Source of the DNA: Alloascoidea hylecoeti
Taxonomy: Eukaryota
Assembly (NCBI GenBank): GCA_001600815.1
Contig: BCKZ01000020.1
Location: 62,001 to 107,599, forward strand
DNA length: 45,599 nt
Reading direction: 5' to 3'
Shown here one piece after another: positions 1 through 12,300 of the stretch. Position numbers and translations under genes: made by a program. Below the pieces are notes generated by a model. That model was not told the origin of the DNA and ran no database searches. It saw only the letters and a program-made list of their open reading frames with translations. Position 1 is the first letter of the stretch. Each line of letters opens with the position of its first letter.

Positions 1-74
1 AGTATAATTATCTATGTTTTTAATTATAAACTTTAGCTTCTAATTACTATTTGTAGTGATCATGAAATTAGTGT

Positions 75-1523
75 TCAGTTGGGAGTAACTAGCATGCACA
101 CGTTTTCTTTTGATACATCGCTTTTAACGTATTTCACAAGCTTTGCATCCCAACCATTACTTTTAATAGACTCAACCCTTGTATAATCAATAATTCTTCT
201 ACACATGTCGCCAACAATTTCTCTTTCGTGAATGGTTAATCCTGATGGATGATCGTTTCCATCATCATCATGTTCCATATGTTGTCTTCTGCCACAAAGT
301 GCCCAAGAAGTCATTTTTTTAATGGAGTTAAATCCCTCCATATCTATACCATGTTTTAGTAGAAGTTTTTTCCCTATACTTGGGAAACATGAATATGAAC
401 ATTTTTGTCTACAACAGAGAGCAACAATAAATGCTTTAAAAATATAATTTGAATCTCGATGATTTTCAAGACATTTTATTGTAAGATCAGTAGCAGCTCC
501 ACATAAATGTTTTGAAATTGCAATAAAAGGTTGATTTTCTATTGGGCTAGTTAATTTGACCGCTTCATCAAAAATAACATCTTTGATATCAGCTCGTATT
601 CTTTCAACTTTTGGTTCTTTGCATTTATTATCATCATGATCGGTAATCAACATTTTATAATCTTTAATGATTTTTGTATCCATCTTCATCCTGCAAGAAT
701 CTCTATCGATCAGTAAAAATCGAAGTTTGTTGCAATTTTTAACTGTTGTATGCTTTAAGTAAATAGCCTGTGCAACATATCTTGATAACTCAGCTCTACC
801 ACAACCGAACTCAATATATAAGTTATTAGAATCCAATAATTGCATTTGTTCCATATGTCCAATTAAAGAACTTTGTTGAACAGCATGTTTTTGAACTTCT
901 AGTTCTGACATTCTATTATTAAGCCCTTCATGTGTTAAAATTTCCTCAGGAATTTCTTCTATATCCAGTTGTAACCTTTTAAAAGTTTCTTTTACTATCG
1001 GAATCCATTTAGAATAATTAATGTCTATAAATATATCTTCTGTTATAGGTTCTGATAAGTTATAATCATTTTTATACCAAGACTCCTTTGGTTGAATAGG
1101 CCGATTTGGGCATCTTTTCAGATGTTTTTTATATTGATCTACTCTAACTGTATGATTTGGACCATAAGGGCATTGAACTCTTTTTTTCCAACTTTCGTTC
1201 TTGTTTGACATATTGATATCATTTTGCAATTGAGAATTCAAATCAGCAGATAAATGTAAAGCACAAAATCGCTCGTTTTTCCTCCTTGTCATACTACATT
1301 GTCTATTCCCCTTTTGTGGTAACAAATATTCACATCGTAATCTCTCTGTTGAACAATTTGTTGAATTCTTGAAAATTTTACCCTTTTTGTGTCTTTTGTT
1401 AGATTTGAGTTCATTTAAATTTATACCAATGGAACTTTTATCTTCTATAGTTGTATCCGTATTTGGAGATTGTTTTTTTGGTGATTGATCATTTTCTGTA
1501 GAAGATTTACGTTTTTCTATCAT
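75..1523 (-). CDS. TRM13: tRNA:m(4)X 2'-O-methyltransferase Trm13
   Basis: 482-aa ORF. N-terminal CCCH finger (RCEYLLPQKGNRQC..RFCALH), CHHC finger (CPYGPNHTV..KHLKRC) and Trm13 motifs KHAVQQSSLIGHM, YIEFGCGRAELS, ISKHLCGAATDLT, ALCC. Confidence 0.93.
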   Translation of the reverse strand: MIEKRKSSTENDQSPKKQSPNTDTTIEDKSSIGINLNELKSNKRHKKGKIFKNSTNCSTERLRCEYLLPQKGNRQCSMTRRKNERFCALHLSADLNSQLQNDINMSNKNESWKKRVQCPYGPNHTVRVDQYKKHLKRCPNRPIQPKESWYKNDYNLSEPITEDIFIDINYSKWIPIVKETFKRLQLDIEEIPEEILTHEGLNNRMSELEVQKHAVQQSSLIGHMEQMQLLDSNNLYIEFGCGRAELSRYVAQAIYLKHTTVKNCNKLRFLLIDRDSCRMKMDTKIIKDYKMLITDHDDNKCKEPKVERIRADIKDVIFDEAVKLTSPIENQPFIAISKHLCGAATDLTIKCLENHRDSNYIFKAFIVALCCRQKCSYSCFPSIGKKLLLKHGIDMEGFNSIKKMTSWALCGRRQHMEHDDDGNDHPSGLTIHEREIVGDMCRRIIDYTRVESIKSNGWDAKLVKYVKSDVSKENVCMLVTPN

Positions 1524-2276
1524 TTTCGAAAAGGAATTTATGTTGATTTTTTCTTAATATATTTCTTCATAATTAAGTTTTTATTATATATTAAAGAAAA
1601 GTTGAATGGATGTTACGTTACGTCTTAATGGATGGTAGAAATTGAAATTTAGAAAATTATTTATAATTAAATTCTTTTTTGACCATATATTTTATAAAAT
1701 ATTCAAAAATGAATTTAAAAATAAATCATGTTCCAAATTCAAATGATGATAATAAAAACATTCTTCAGAAACTGACCCCCACATCTAAGTTGAAAAAAGA
1801 TGAAAAACCATGTTAAAAAGAAGATGATTAAAATAAATGCAGGTGTATAATCCAATAAAATAAGTAGCAGCATTTCATTTAGTTTTCTACCTATAGTTTT
1901 TATCTCTAGTAGGATGCCTATGTATATGATAAGTTATATAGACTTTAATTTTGACATTATATTGACCCTCCACTTAGACCATAATTACTTACCAAATCAG
2001 TCATCTCTAAAAATGCTCTTTCTTCACTAAGGTTTTTAATATCTATACTTCTCATCTTAACCACTCTATCTTCCCATTCCCATTCCCATTCCCATTGCTT
2101 CAATTGCTCAACACAACTCATCATCACCACCACATCCACCACATCTCAATATCTCTAATTGGAAAAATATCATCATATTCTGAAACTTTGGCATTTATAG
2201 GAAGGCTTGATGAACGAAAAGTTCCTCCACTCCTGAATGTCTAAATATACCATATTCAAATGTTTCATCTATATAA

Positions 2277-3154
2277 TTAACCTAAAAACATAGCCAACAA
2301 AATAACGGTTAATATAATAGATAAAATCATCAATAAACAAAAAGATTTCCCACGAGACCGTTTTTGATAATCTGCTGCTTTGGTTAGTTCAGCAGCAGCA
2401 TTTTGCGTTGAAGTTGATATATTATACATATTTGATTCAATATTATCTAGAATGAATAAAAATATTAGAATTAATTCAATAAATATAATTCGTAAAAGAA
2501 TAGAAACTTACCTAATACCAGTCCTTGTTGAACTACAATCGCTCCAAGGTCTGTGAAGATTTCATTTAGTTCTAATATGCCCTGTTCAATATTTTGAATC
2601 TCCTCTTCCCTTTCGGTGATTAAGGTCCGTTGATAATCAAATTCTTGCGGATTCATAGGTTCTTCTTGCATTAATAACTGATTCCCTTCAGTTGTATCAT
2701 CATCCCTTTGTAACAGAACAACCTGTTCACGTTGTTCATTTTCTTCTAAAGCCGTTCTAGCTTCTAAGACATTTTGTTTCTCCGCATCTGCTAATTTTGT
2801 TTGTAATGCTTGAAAATCCGTAAATGCTTCGTTCATTTCCCTACTCAACTTTTCAATAGTAAATTGTTGCCCTGGTGTTGGTTCATCCCATTGTTTTAAC
2901 CGGCATCTCAATTCACCAAGACTTTTGAATTTACCTGTTGTATTTTCAGATAATGATAATGTCTTATCATGTAAATTATGATCTTTCCTTTGTTGTGATT
3001 TTAAAGATAATGAGTTTATGAACTTACTAAGAGTGACTAAATCTGTGTTTATTGAAAAAAGATCGTTGGATATTGATTCCACTAGCTCATCAAACTCGGG
3101 AGAGTCTGAAAACGGCTGTTGTGCTTCTAAAGGTACCGCATCGTAAAATGACAT
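2277..3154 (-). CDS. PEP12: Pep12/Vam3-family syntaxin (Qa t-SNARE); 2 exons: 3154-2512, 2446-2277
   Basis: Habc-like N-terminus and SNARE motif EREEEIQNIEQGILELNEIFTDLGAIVVQQG. Removing a 65-nt intron (2511-2447, GTAAGT..TCTAAT..TAG) restores DNIESN..AAAELTKAADYQKRSR and a C-terminal TM helix (CLLMILSIILTVILLAMFLG*). PEP12 versus VAM3 is not resolved. Confidence 0.85.
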
Positions 3155-3684
3155 TTCTTCTGGTGATGGTCACAGAAACAAATTCTATGATATTAGATAA
3201 GTTTGGTTCCTCGCAGACCCCCTTACACCCAATATTGAGAGCCCTGATACTTGCAAACACTCTTATCATGTCGAGCGCTGGCTATTATATTAATCCAATC
3301 TCAAAGTATTAATTCTTCTGAGTTCAATAAATAATTAAAAATGTGTACTAGTTAAGAAAAGTGATCTGAAATAAATAATACCAACTTTAATTTCAAACTA
3401 TCATTTTCACCCTAACTCTAGATCTCAATGCACATTCCACACCTTTAATATGATTCATTAATTAATAGCTTCAGCATATATAGTTCAGCATATATAGTCA
3501 AACATATATAACTAGAAAATTATTATGTTTAAGAGTTCGTCTTATCCAATTTCTTCTGATAAAAAAATACTAGCACATTTAATAGTGGGGAAGTTCTAGC
3601 TGGATCTGTAACATACTACTTGTAAAGCTAACTGAGCTTAGATATAGCAAAGTCTAGAGTCTCTAGACTATAAAACTTGGCTTC

Positions 3685-3711
3685 TTTTTTTTTTTTTTTT
3701 TTTTTTTTTTT
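3685..3711. repeat. poly(T) tract (~27 nt)
   Basis: Uninterrupted T run in the divergent PEP12-KRE6 intergenic region. Confidence 0.9.
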
Positions 3712-4905
3712 GCTTTAAAGGATGTCTGCTGCCATAAATGTCAATTCTCCAAGTCCAAATACCAAAAATGCCTAGTTTTTGATAGAGCTCTCCGTGTTAT
3801 TAATATACTACCTGTCTCCAATATATTTCTACGATCCGAAAGGAACTGCAATTATGTTAATTAACCACAATGCTTGAAATTGTTGTTCCGTGATTACTGG
3901 CATGGTATTAACTAATAATAACCATGTGATAACCCATTACCATCCCAAAGTGAATATGGAATTGCATACTTGACATTTTCAATTGATAAATGTTTCGAAT
4001 TCATTTTAAGGTCCTTATAGATTGCCTAGTTATACTCACTATAGGGATACACAAATATTAATGACCTATTATATTACGGGAAAATATATTATCAAATAAC
4101 TCATCGCCATATATAAATATATAATATACGAGACACGACCGTATCATTTAAGATACCTATAAACAGCCCTATTTATAACTAGGAATGGCAAATTCCCTTG
4201 CAATCTTGTTACGGAATACTTCAGGGTTAATTTGGTAAACAATTGGATCACGTAATCTCGAAAGTAGAGTGTCCTTTTCCCCTTTTGAATTAAGGTTATT
4301 TTTGGTGGTGCAGTGGTGTGCCAGTTCCAGGTGTGGTAGTTAAAAAGAAATTAAGCTTTACGTGCCGCATTTTTTGGAGGTCCACAGATCATAAGAGAAG
4401 GCCCATTTTTAATTACTTTCGGAAACATTGATGTAGGAATATTCACTAGTATTTTAAATAACCTAGTGCTATATTTAATCTAGATATAACGAAATATTCA
4501 AATGTAAATGTTGTACAGTATAGATATTGTTGAAAATATTTAATCTTCCAAGAGCTCATGGCAACATGCAGATCCTTTCGTATATGTGATAGGCCACTCT
4601 AAATTTAAATGGAATAAAATAAAAAGAATAATTAGATAATCTTTTTGGGGGGTTTTTTTTTTTTGAATGATTTGATGATTAAATATGCATACTACATTAA
4701 TAACCTTTCTCACACGTATACCTGCATCTGCGTATTCACGTAACTTTTTTTTTTTAAAGAAAGAAATGATAATTTGATTTATTTACTGATACTTTTATAC
4801 TTTGAAATTCTTTCTTCTTGTTCTTCTTTGAACTCATGAAACAGTTCATCAATACAATATAATACAAAATAGGAAAATTTTTACTTATAAATATAAAGAT
4901 ATATA

Positions 4906-7005
4906 ATGGTAGGTAGAAATAACTATCAACCTTTACGAGATAAACTTTTGACACCAGAACATTCAGCTACATCGAATGTTGGGAATTCAAATTCTAATCA
5001 ATTTCAACATAATTCAAATTCTAGTTTAAATTCATTATCAGGAAGTTCGTCTGCTGATAATCTTAATGTTATTCATACAGATCAATCTTCCGAACAATTA
5101 AATAGATCTAGAGATGGATCCCAATTGGGGCCGTATCAAACCGCAAATGAATATAGTTCAACACGAAGTCATATTAGTTCGAATGATAGTTCAAGAAGAA
5201 GTACAATTATTGGGAATCCGTTTTATGTATCATCACCATATTTACCTTTACCTGTTGGAGGAACTGTTCCAAGAGCTACTTTGCCTTTATCGGATGATCA
5301 TTATTTACCATCGGGTGCCACAAGAAGGCAGCATGATTCAAATTCACTTTATCCTTCTACAGCTCCTTCAATCGTGCACTCCTCAGCGGAAAGTTTCCAA
5401 GAAAGTGGTCGTCACGGTCATTCGAGTGTGGATCTAGAAAATTCTGGTAATACTATTTTTGATGATAGTTATTATTTTCCATTTGGTGGATTCCCTCAAT
5501 CAGATTTCTTATTAAGTATGGAAGAGAAGGAAGATGATGATTATATCCATAATCCTGACCCAGAAGCAGATGCCCTTCTAGATAAAAAATTTGCTTGGGA
5601 TAGAAGAACGATAGTTAATGCTTCAGGTTTTGCTGTGTTAATGCTTGGATTATTAATTATAATGGTTGTTTTACCTGTTTTCACTTATTCAAATATAGGG
5701 AAAAAGCACCCAACTCTTGAAATTCTCACTGAATATAGTTATCCTCTACTATCTGGTATTCGAACAGATCTAGTGGACCCTGATACACCCGAATCTGCAC
5801 ATACGAGAACAGCAAAAGATGGATCAGAATGGAAATTAGTCTTCTCTGATGAATTTAATGAAGAAGGAAGAACATTTTATCCTGGTGATAGTCAATTCTG
5901 GGAAGCTCCTGATATTCATTATCAAGCAACTGTTGATTTAGATTGGTATGATCCTGATGCTGTAACAACAACCAAAGGTAGTTTACAACTTCGATATGAT
6001 GCTTTTGAAAATCATGATTTAAATTATAGATCTGGTATGCTTCAAAGTTGGAATAAAATGTGTTTTACACAGGGAATTATGGAAGTTTCTGCTAGTTTAC
6101 CTGGATCTTCGAAAGCATCTGGTATATGGCCAGGTATTTGGAGTATGGGGAATTTAGCAAGACCTGGATATTTAGCTTCATCAGATGGTGTTTGGCCTTA
6201 TTCTTATGATTCATGTGACGCGGGAATTACACCAAATCAATCAAGTCATGATGGTTTATCATTTCTTCCAGGTCAAAGATTAAATAAATGTACTTGTACT
6301 GGGGCAGATCATCCAAATCCTGGTGTTGGAAGGGGAGCTCCAGAGCTTGATGCCGTTGAAGCATCTGTTAATAATGAATTAGGAATAGGAATAACAACAC
6401 AGTCAGTACAAATGGCTCCTTATAATATTTATTATATGCCTGATTATGACTTTGTTGAAATTCATAATTTATCTATTACATCAATGAATTCATGGCCTGG
6501 TGGTCCATTTCAACAGGCATTAGTAGGAACATCTATGTTAAATCCAGAATGGCAAGAGTTTTTAGATGCAACAGCAACACCACAAGCACAAAGAACATTT
6601 CAAAATTATGGATTTGAATATTTAAATGATGATACAAATGGATATGTTCAATTTTTCATTGGTGATAAACCAACGTATACAGTATACGCAGATACATTTC
6701 ATGCAGATGGTAATATTGATACAAGATTACTTACAAAAGAACCAATGTCAATTATTCTTAATTTTGGTATGTCACTTTCTTGGGCTTATATTGATTGGGC
6801 TAATATAATGTTCCCAATGACAATGTTAATTAATTCTGTTAGGATTTATCAACCACCAGATCAAATATCAGTAACTTGTGATCCACCAGATTTCCCAACG
6901 TATAATTATATTCAAAATCATTTACCTGCTTATTTTAATGCAAATAATACATCTTGGGAAATGGCAGGTTATAAATTTCCTAAAAATAAACTTACTGGGT
7001 GTTAA
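4906..7005 (+). CDS. KRE6: Beta-1,6-glucan synthesis-associated GH16 protein (Kre6/Skn1 family)
   Basis: 699 aa. Ser-rich cytosolic N-terminus, EKEDDDYIHNPDP, one TM helix, LVDPDTP, WKLVFSDEFN, GH16 catalytic motif APELDAVE, C-terminal FPKNKLTGC. Confidence 0.93.
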   Translation: MVGRNNYQPLRDKLLTPEHSATSNVGNSNSNQFQHNSNSSLNSLSGSSSADNLNVIHTDQSSEQLNRSRDGSQLGPYQTANEYSSTRSHISSNDSSRRSTIIGNPFYVSSPYLPLPVGGTVPRATLPLSDDHYLPSGATRRQHDSNSLYPSTAPSIVHSSAESFQESGRHGHSSVDLENSGNTIFDDSYYFPFGGFPQSDFLLSMEEKEDDDYIHNPDPEADALLDKKFAWDRRTIVNASGFAVLMLGLLIIMVVLPVFTYSNIGKKHPTLEILTEYSYPLLSGIRTDLVDPDTPESAHTRTAKDGSEWKLVFSDEFNEEGRTFYPGDSQFWEAPDIHYQATVDLDWYDPDAVTTTKGSLQLRYDAFENHDLNYRSGMLQSWNKMCFTQGIMEVSASLPGSSKASGIWPGIWSMGNLARPGYLASSDGVWPYSYDSCDAGITPNQSSHDGLSFLPGQRLNKCTCTGADHPNPGVGRGAPELDAVEASVNNELGIGITTQSVQMAPYNIYYMPDYDFVEIHNLSITSMNSWPGGPFQQALVGTSMLNPEWQEFLDATATPQAQRTFQNYGFEYLNDDTNGYVQFFIGDKPTYTVYADTFHADGNIDTRLLTKEPMSIILNFGMSLSWAYIDWANIMFPMTMLINSVRIYQPPDQISVTCDPPDFPTYNYIQNHLPAYFNANNTSWEMAGYKFPKNKLTGC

Positions 7006-7911
7006 TGATATTTATTTATATATCAAATTTAAAGTGTTTTAATGATTATTCTATCTATATCATTGAAGAAAGAAGCTCTTCAGGATAAATGACGAACTTT
7101 CATTCAAGTAATTAATATTAACGTTGCGATTCCTTTCTGCTACTTGAAAGTTACTATAAACAATTTCAATTTATATAGGCTTACATACATATAATATAGC
7201 TACCCAGAGCATGCTATTTACCGGCAGAATCTACAAATGTTATCTTTTTCCCGTTTTGAATTATAAAGTTTTTTTTGGCATGGAAGTGACTCTACTAGGG
7301 AGTGGGTGGCGGTTAGTCTCATTTTTGGAGGTGTTTTTCCATTCTCGACGAAATCTCCAAATTTAATTTAATGCCTTACCTTAAAATATCGCAAGATTGT
7401 TAGAAATAGTTCAATTGATAATATAATGAAAAATATAAATGTGATATTAATTTCTATAAAAGAAGTGAAATGAGTGGGCGAATGGCCCAAATGGTAGATC
7501 CTGAACCCAAAGGTAGTTCCTAAGAACTTAGACATTATAATTACCGGTAGTTCCACATATTGGTAGCAATGAAATCAAGAGAGTGTAAATCGAAAAGAAA
7601 TTTGTAGCAATGATTTGGTCATTGATTTCCAAATCTTAACAGAACCCAGCCTATATTTTAGATTCTACGGGTAGGAATTGATATTATATTTATAACAATA
7701 TAGTATTACAAGGTACCAAAATACATCTACGATTCCATTAATTTAAAATATCATGATATTACTAACATAAAGATTATAAATTTTTAACAGCACCTTATCT
7801 ATTTTTGAATTGTTCATTACATTTCATTTCATTTCATATAAAATAAGCGAAAGAAAATTATAAAATGATTTTTAAAAATATCTTAAAAAACTCTCTTCAT
7901 CAACAATTGAT

Positions 7912-8558
7912 TTAGAGCTCACCAGAAGCATCAATTGTGATTCTACCAGAGGTAGCACCAGATCCGGAACCATAAGATTCAATCTTCTTAACAACATCAA
8001 AACCTTCAACAACTTCGCCAAAGACAACGTGTTTTCCATCTAACCATGGGCAAGCAACAGTGGTAATGAAGAATTGAGAACCATTGGTGTTTCTACCAGC
8101 ATTGGCCATAGATAAAAGACCTGGCTTTTCATGTCTCTTGATGAAGTTTTCGTCGGCAAATTTTTCACCATAGATGGATCTGCCGCCTGTACCATTTCCA
8201 CGGGTGAAATCACCACCTTGAAGCATGAAGTTTGGAATAACACGGTGGAAAGCTGATCCAGCATAACCGTAACCTTTTTCCCCAGTACAGAGAGCACGGA
8301 AGTTTTCAGTTGTCTTTGGGACAACGTCACTGTAGAGTTTGAAAGTAATTCTTCCAAGTGACTTTCCTATGAGTCGAAAGTAGATAGTTAGTATTAAAAT
8401 AAAAAAGCAATGCCATCTATCCTCGTAGATCAATAGAACTCCATCGAATATATGAAATGATAATTCCATATAATGATCCATAGAAAGAAAGAAGCAGACT
8501 CAATTGCAGTGTAAAACTTACCGTCAATAGATGTGTCAAAGTAAACTGAATTTCCCAT
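7912..8558 (-). CDS. CPR1: Cyclophilin A peptidyl-prolyl isomerase (163 aa); 2 exons: 8558-8522, 8366-7912
   Basis: Exon 1 [13 protein letters not shown], then a 155-nt intron (8521-8367, GTAAGT..TACTAAC..TAG), then [69 protein letters not shown]. Confidence 0.95.
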
Positions 8559-9317
8559 TTTAATTGTCCGATTATTTGATATTCAAAAGTCTTGGAGAAG
8601 AAGGAAGAAGGAAGTGGAAAAGTTAGAAGCATTATTGGGAGTATTGCCGTAATGCCTGACGCTGGACTTGTGGCATATCTGCGGAACTGGTGTGGCACAG
8701 AGATCATCACATGACACCATTTGTATTAAGCTACGTCATTAGTTATTCTATTGACTTTTGTGGTCTGTATAGCATATTACACCTCCTAGTATTGCCGTTC
8801 TGAAACGGTCGGGCTACACTTCTTGGCCCAATTGAATATTCCGTTGCGGTATAAAAGATGGGTGCCTTCCAAGTGATGATGGTGAATCAAATGATACATA
8901 TAATTTTATATCCAACGTGTATTCATCTATGGATATCCTTGTGATCTTCAATCTGAGTGGAAGGATAAAACTACAATAGAATTGTGGAATAAATATCAAC
9001 GTTATATGTTTACTTAATTGATACCATTGCCCCATTTCAAGTGCGTTCATACTCCTAATGGAGGAGAAATTATGTAGTAATTACAATAATCATGGTGTTT
9101 AAACTACAGGTAGTTATAGCATAAATATAGTAAAAAACGGAGAAATCTCAAAATTGAATGAATTTCGCCCGTGGTTGTCACCAAATATTAACATTAAATA
9201 AACCATTACATACATTGCTTGACGTGATGTGAGTCTTATAGCCAGTTCTGGCCCAATCTTTCTCTTTTTAGCATGATTTTTATTTTTTATATATGTACCG
9301 TATATGATTAGTTAATA

Positions 9318-12300
9318 TTATGAAATAACATTTTCTTCTTCTTCCAATTCCTCTAAATCATTTCCAACAAACCCACCTTGTTTGCATAATGAATAGAACA
9401 AAGATTCAGGATTCTTTAACAATTCACTAGGTGTATCAAACTCTGCAACTTCTCCACCGTTTAACACGACAATCCTATCACTATCCATAATTGTATTTAA
9501 TCTATGTGCTATCGTTAATATAGTTCTCTCTGCAAACTCAGTTCTAATAGTTTGTTGTAAAACATGATCTGTTTCAACATCAACAGCTGCAGTTGCTTCA
9601 TCTAAAACTAAAACATTTGAAGGAATTAATAATGCTCTAGCCAAACACATTAATTGTCTTTGACCAACTGATAAATTACCACCACCTTCTGTTACTGCAG
9701 CATCTAAACCATTACCCATTTGTTCTACATGTTGTGATAAATGTGATAATTTTAATGCTTTCCAAATCTCATCATTAGTATATTCATTATTAGGATCAAT
9801 ATTTTGTCTAATTGTACCTTCAAATACCTGAGAATCTTGTGGAATAATTGATAATCGATGTCTTAAATCTTGTAATCCTATTGTTGTTGTATTTATATCA
9901 TCAATATTTATACCACCAGAAACAGGTTCAATTATTCTAAAAAGAGCCAAAGTTAATGAACTTTTACCTGCACCAGTTCTACCAACAATACCAATTTTTT
10001 CCTTTGGTTTAATATTTAAATTAATATTTTTCAATACTAAATCTAATTCAGGTCTATATTTTGTTGAATAATTTTTAAAAATAACACCACCTTTTGAAGG
10101 CCAATTTAAAGGAGGTCTTGAATCATTAATAATTTCAGGAGCTTCACTTGGTAAATTTGAATATTCTAAAATTCTTTCAACAGAAACAATATTAGTTTCA
10201 ACTTCAACAGTCATTCTAACAATCCAATTTAATGATTGAGTAATTTGTAAAGCATAACTCATTGCTAAACCAACCATACCATCAGTTAATTTATTTGATT
10301 TAATTGTTAATATTGTTAAACCAGAAGCACCAAGAATAATTAATGAACCTAAAAATTCTAATCTAACAGCTAACCATCTATTTGTATTTATTGCAGGATG
10401 ATAAGCTTTCATATTTAAATCAACTTTTGATTCATTTAAATAATTGAAACGTCTTTCTTGAGAATAAGCTCTAATTGTTGAAACACCACATAAAGTTTCT
10501 TGAAAATGTGCAAAAATTGGTGATTTTGTAACACTATCTAATCTTTTCAATTCTCTTGAAGTCATTAAATAATATCTTTGATATAAAACATATAAAACAC
10601 CAATTGGTAAAATAAAGAAAAAAAATTGCCAAGTTGATGAACATATAACAATCATTGTGAAACTAACTTTTACAACATTTGCAAAAAATTGTGAAAATAC
10701 TCTACCTAAAACTTCATCAACTTTATAAATATCACTTGAAAATCGATTTAATATTCTACCAATTGGTGTTGTTTCAAAAAATGACATTGGTGCTCTTAAT
10801 ACAGATGATGTCATTGATTCATGTAAAATTTTAGATCCTTGAATTGTACACCAAATCCATAAAGTAATAGTTTGTGCTAAACTTAAAAAACTTGCAATTA
10901 TACCCAAAGCTAAATAAACACCAAGATATTTACCAACTTGTGGATTACTACCAGTTTCTGAATTTTTTTCAGACCAATTTTTTAACCAAAAATTTCCTGC
11001 AACACTAACAGCAGCAGATAAAACAAGACATGATAAAAAAACAGAAACACCAAAAGGATTACAAGCATAAAAATATTCTTTATAAACATTCCAATTTACT
11101 TTTCCTTGTTCTTGATGTTCTTTTCTTGAAATTTTTGATTGATTAATTATTTGATTTTTTGATGATGATGATAAATTTGGTTTTGTAAAACTAGCTATAC
11201 TTGCACGTCTTAAACTAATAAAACTTTTCCTTCTTTCATTATCATTAATACGTTTTGAATTATTAATATTAAAAACTTCAACTTCAGAAATATCATCAAT
11301 TGCAGCATTTGAATCATTATCTAAATCTTCAGAATTTTCAACAATAGTAGTACTATTTCCAGAACTTGAATTTTGAGATTTTTTACCAAAATCTTTAATT
11401 AATTGTTTTAAAGGAGATTCACTTGACATTATTTGTTCATAAGTACCAGATTCAGTAATTTCACCATTTAAAACCATTGTTATATTATCTGAAAAAGTTA
11501 AAATATTAATTGAATTTGTAGCTAAAATTTTACATTTATGTTGTAATAAACCATTTGGACCTAAAACATTATCAATTAAATGTTTACCAACATGTTCATC
11601 AACAGCAGATAAAATATCATCTAAAAGATAAACATCAGCTCTTGCATAAACAGCACGAGCTAATGATAATCTTGCCTTTTGACCACCAGATAATGATATA
11701 CCTTTTTCACCAACTTCTGTTTGATCACCATCAGGTAAAATTTTTAAATCATCTTTTAATGCACATGCATTAATTGTTTTTTCATAAAATAATTTATCAT
11801 ATTTTGAACCAAATAAAATATTTTCTTCAACTGTACCATTCATAATCCAAGGAATTTGTGGTGAATAAGCAATTTTACCCATTATTGTAATAGTACCATT
11901 TAATTTATGTAATTCTCCTAAAATAGATTGTAAAAATGCACTTTTACCACTACCAACTTTACCAACAATACAACTTAATTCACCTTTTTTTGCAATATAA
12001 TTAATATTTTGTAATGCAATTTTATATGAATCAATTTCTTTTTTCCATAAAAATGTACCATCAGAAATAATAACAGAATCATCACCAATTTTATTTGCTT
12101 TATCTAAATGAATAATTGAATCAATTTGAACTTCATTTGATGTAAAAAAATTAGTTAATCTAGAAATTGAAACATTTGCTTCAATTAAACTTGTAACAAC
12201 CATTGGTATAACACCTAATGGAAAAGATAATAAATTAAATAATGTTAAAGCAGGGAAAACAATATCAGTACTTAATGGTTCATTTTGTGTTAAAACAAAT

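Noticed and set aside
1742..1775. Box C (ATGATGA) to box D (CTGA) snoRNA candidate
   Set aside because: Too short, with no terminal stem or recognisable guide.
1957..2142. 61-aa WEWEWE ORF
   Set aside because: Produced by a (TCCCAT)n microsatellite; non-ATG start.
3651..3669. Perfect 9-bp inverted repeat AGTCTAGAG-T-CTCTAGACT before poly(T)
   Set aside because: Terminator-like only in a bacterial context; short and unsupported here.
4034..4047. ACTCACTATAGGGA, part of the T7 promoter
   Set aside because: The upstream TAATACG is missing and there is no vector context; most likely coincidence.
7476..7520. tRNA-like start GGGCGAATGGCCCAAATGGTA
   Set aside because: No T-loop/B-box or acceptor-stem complement follows.
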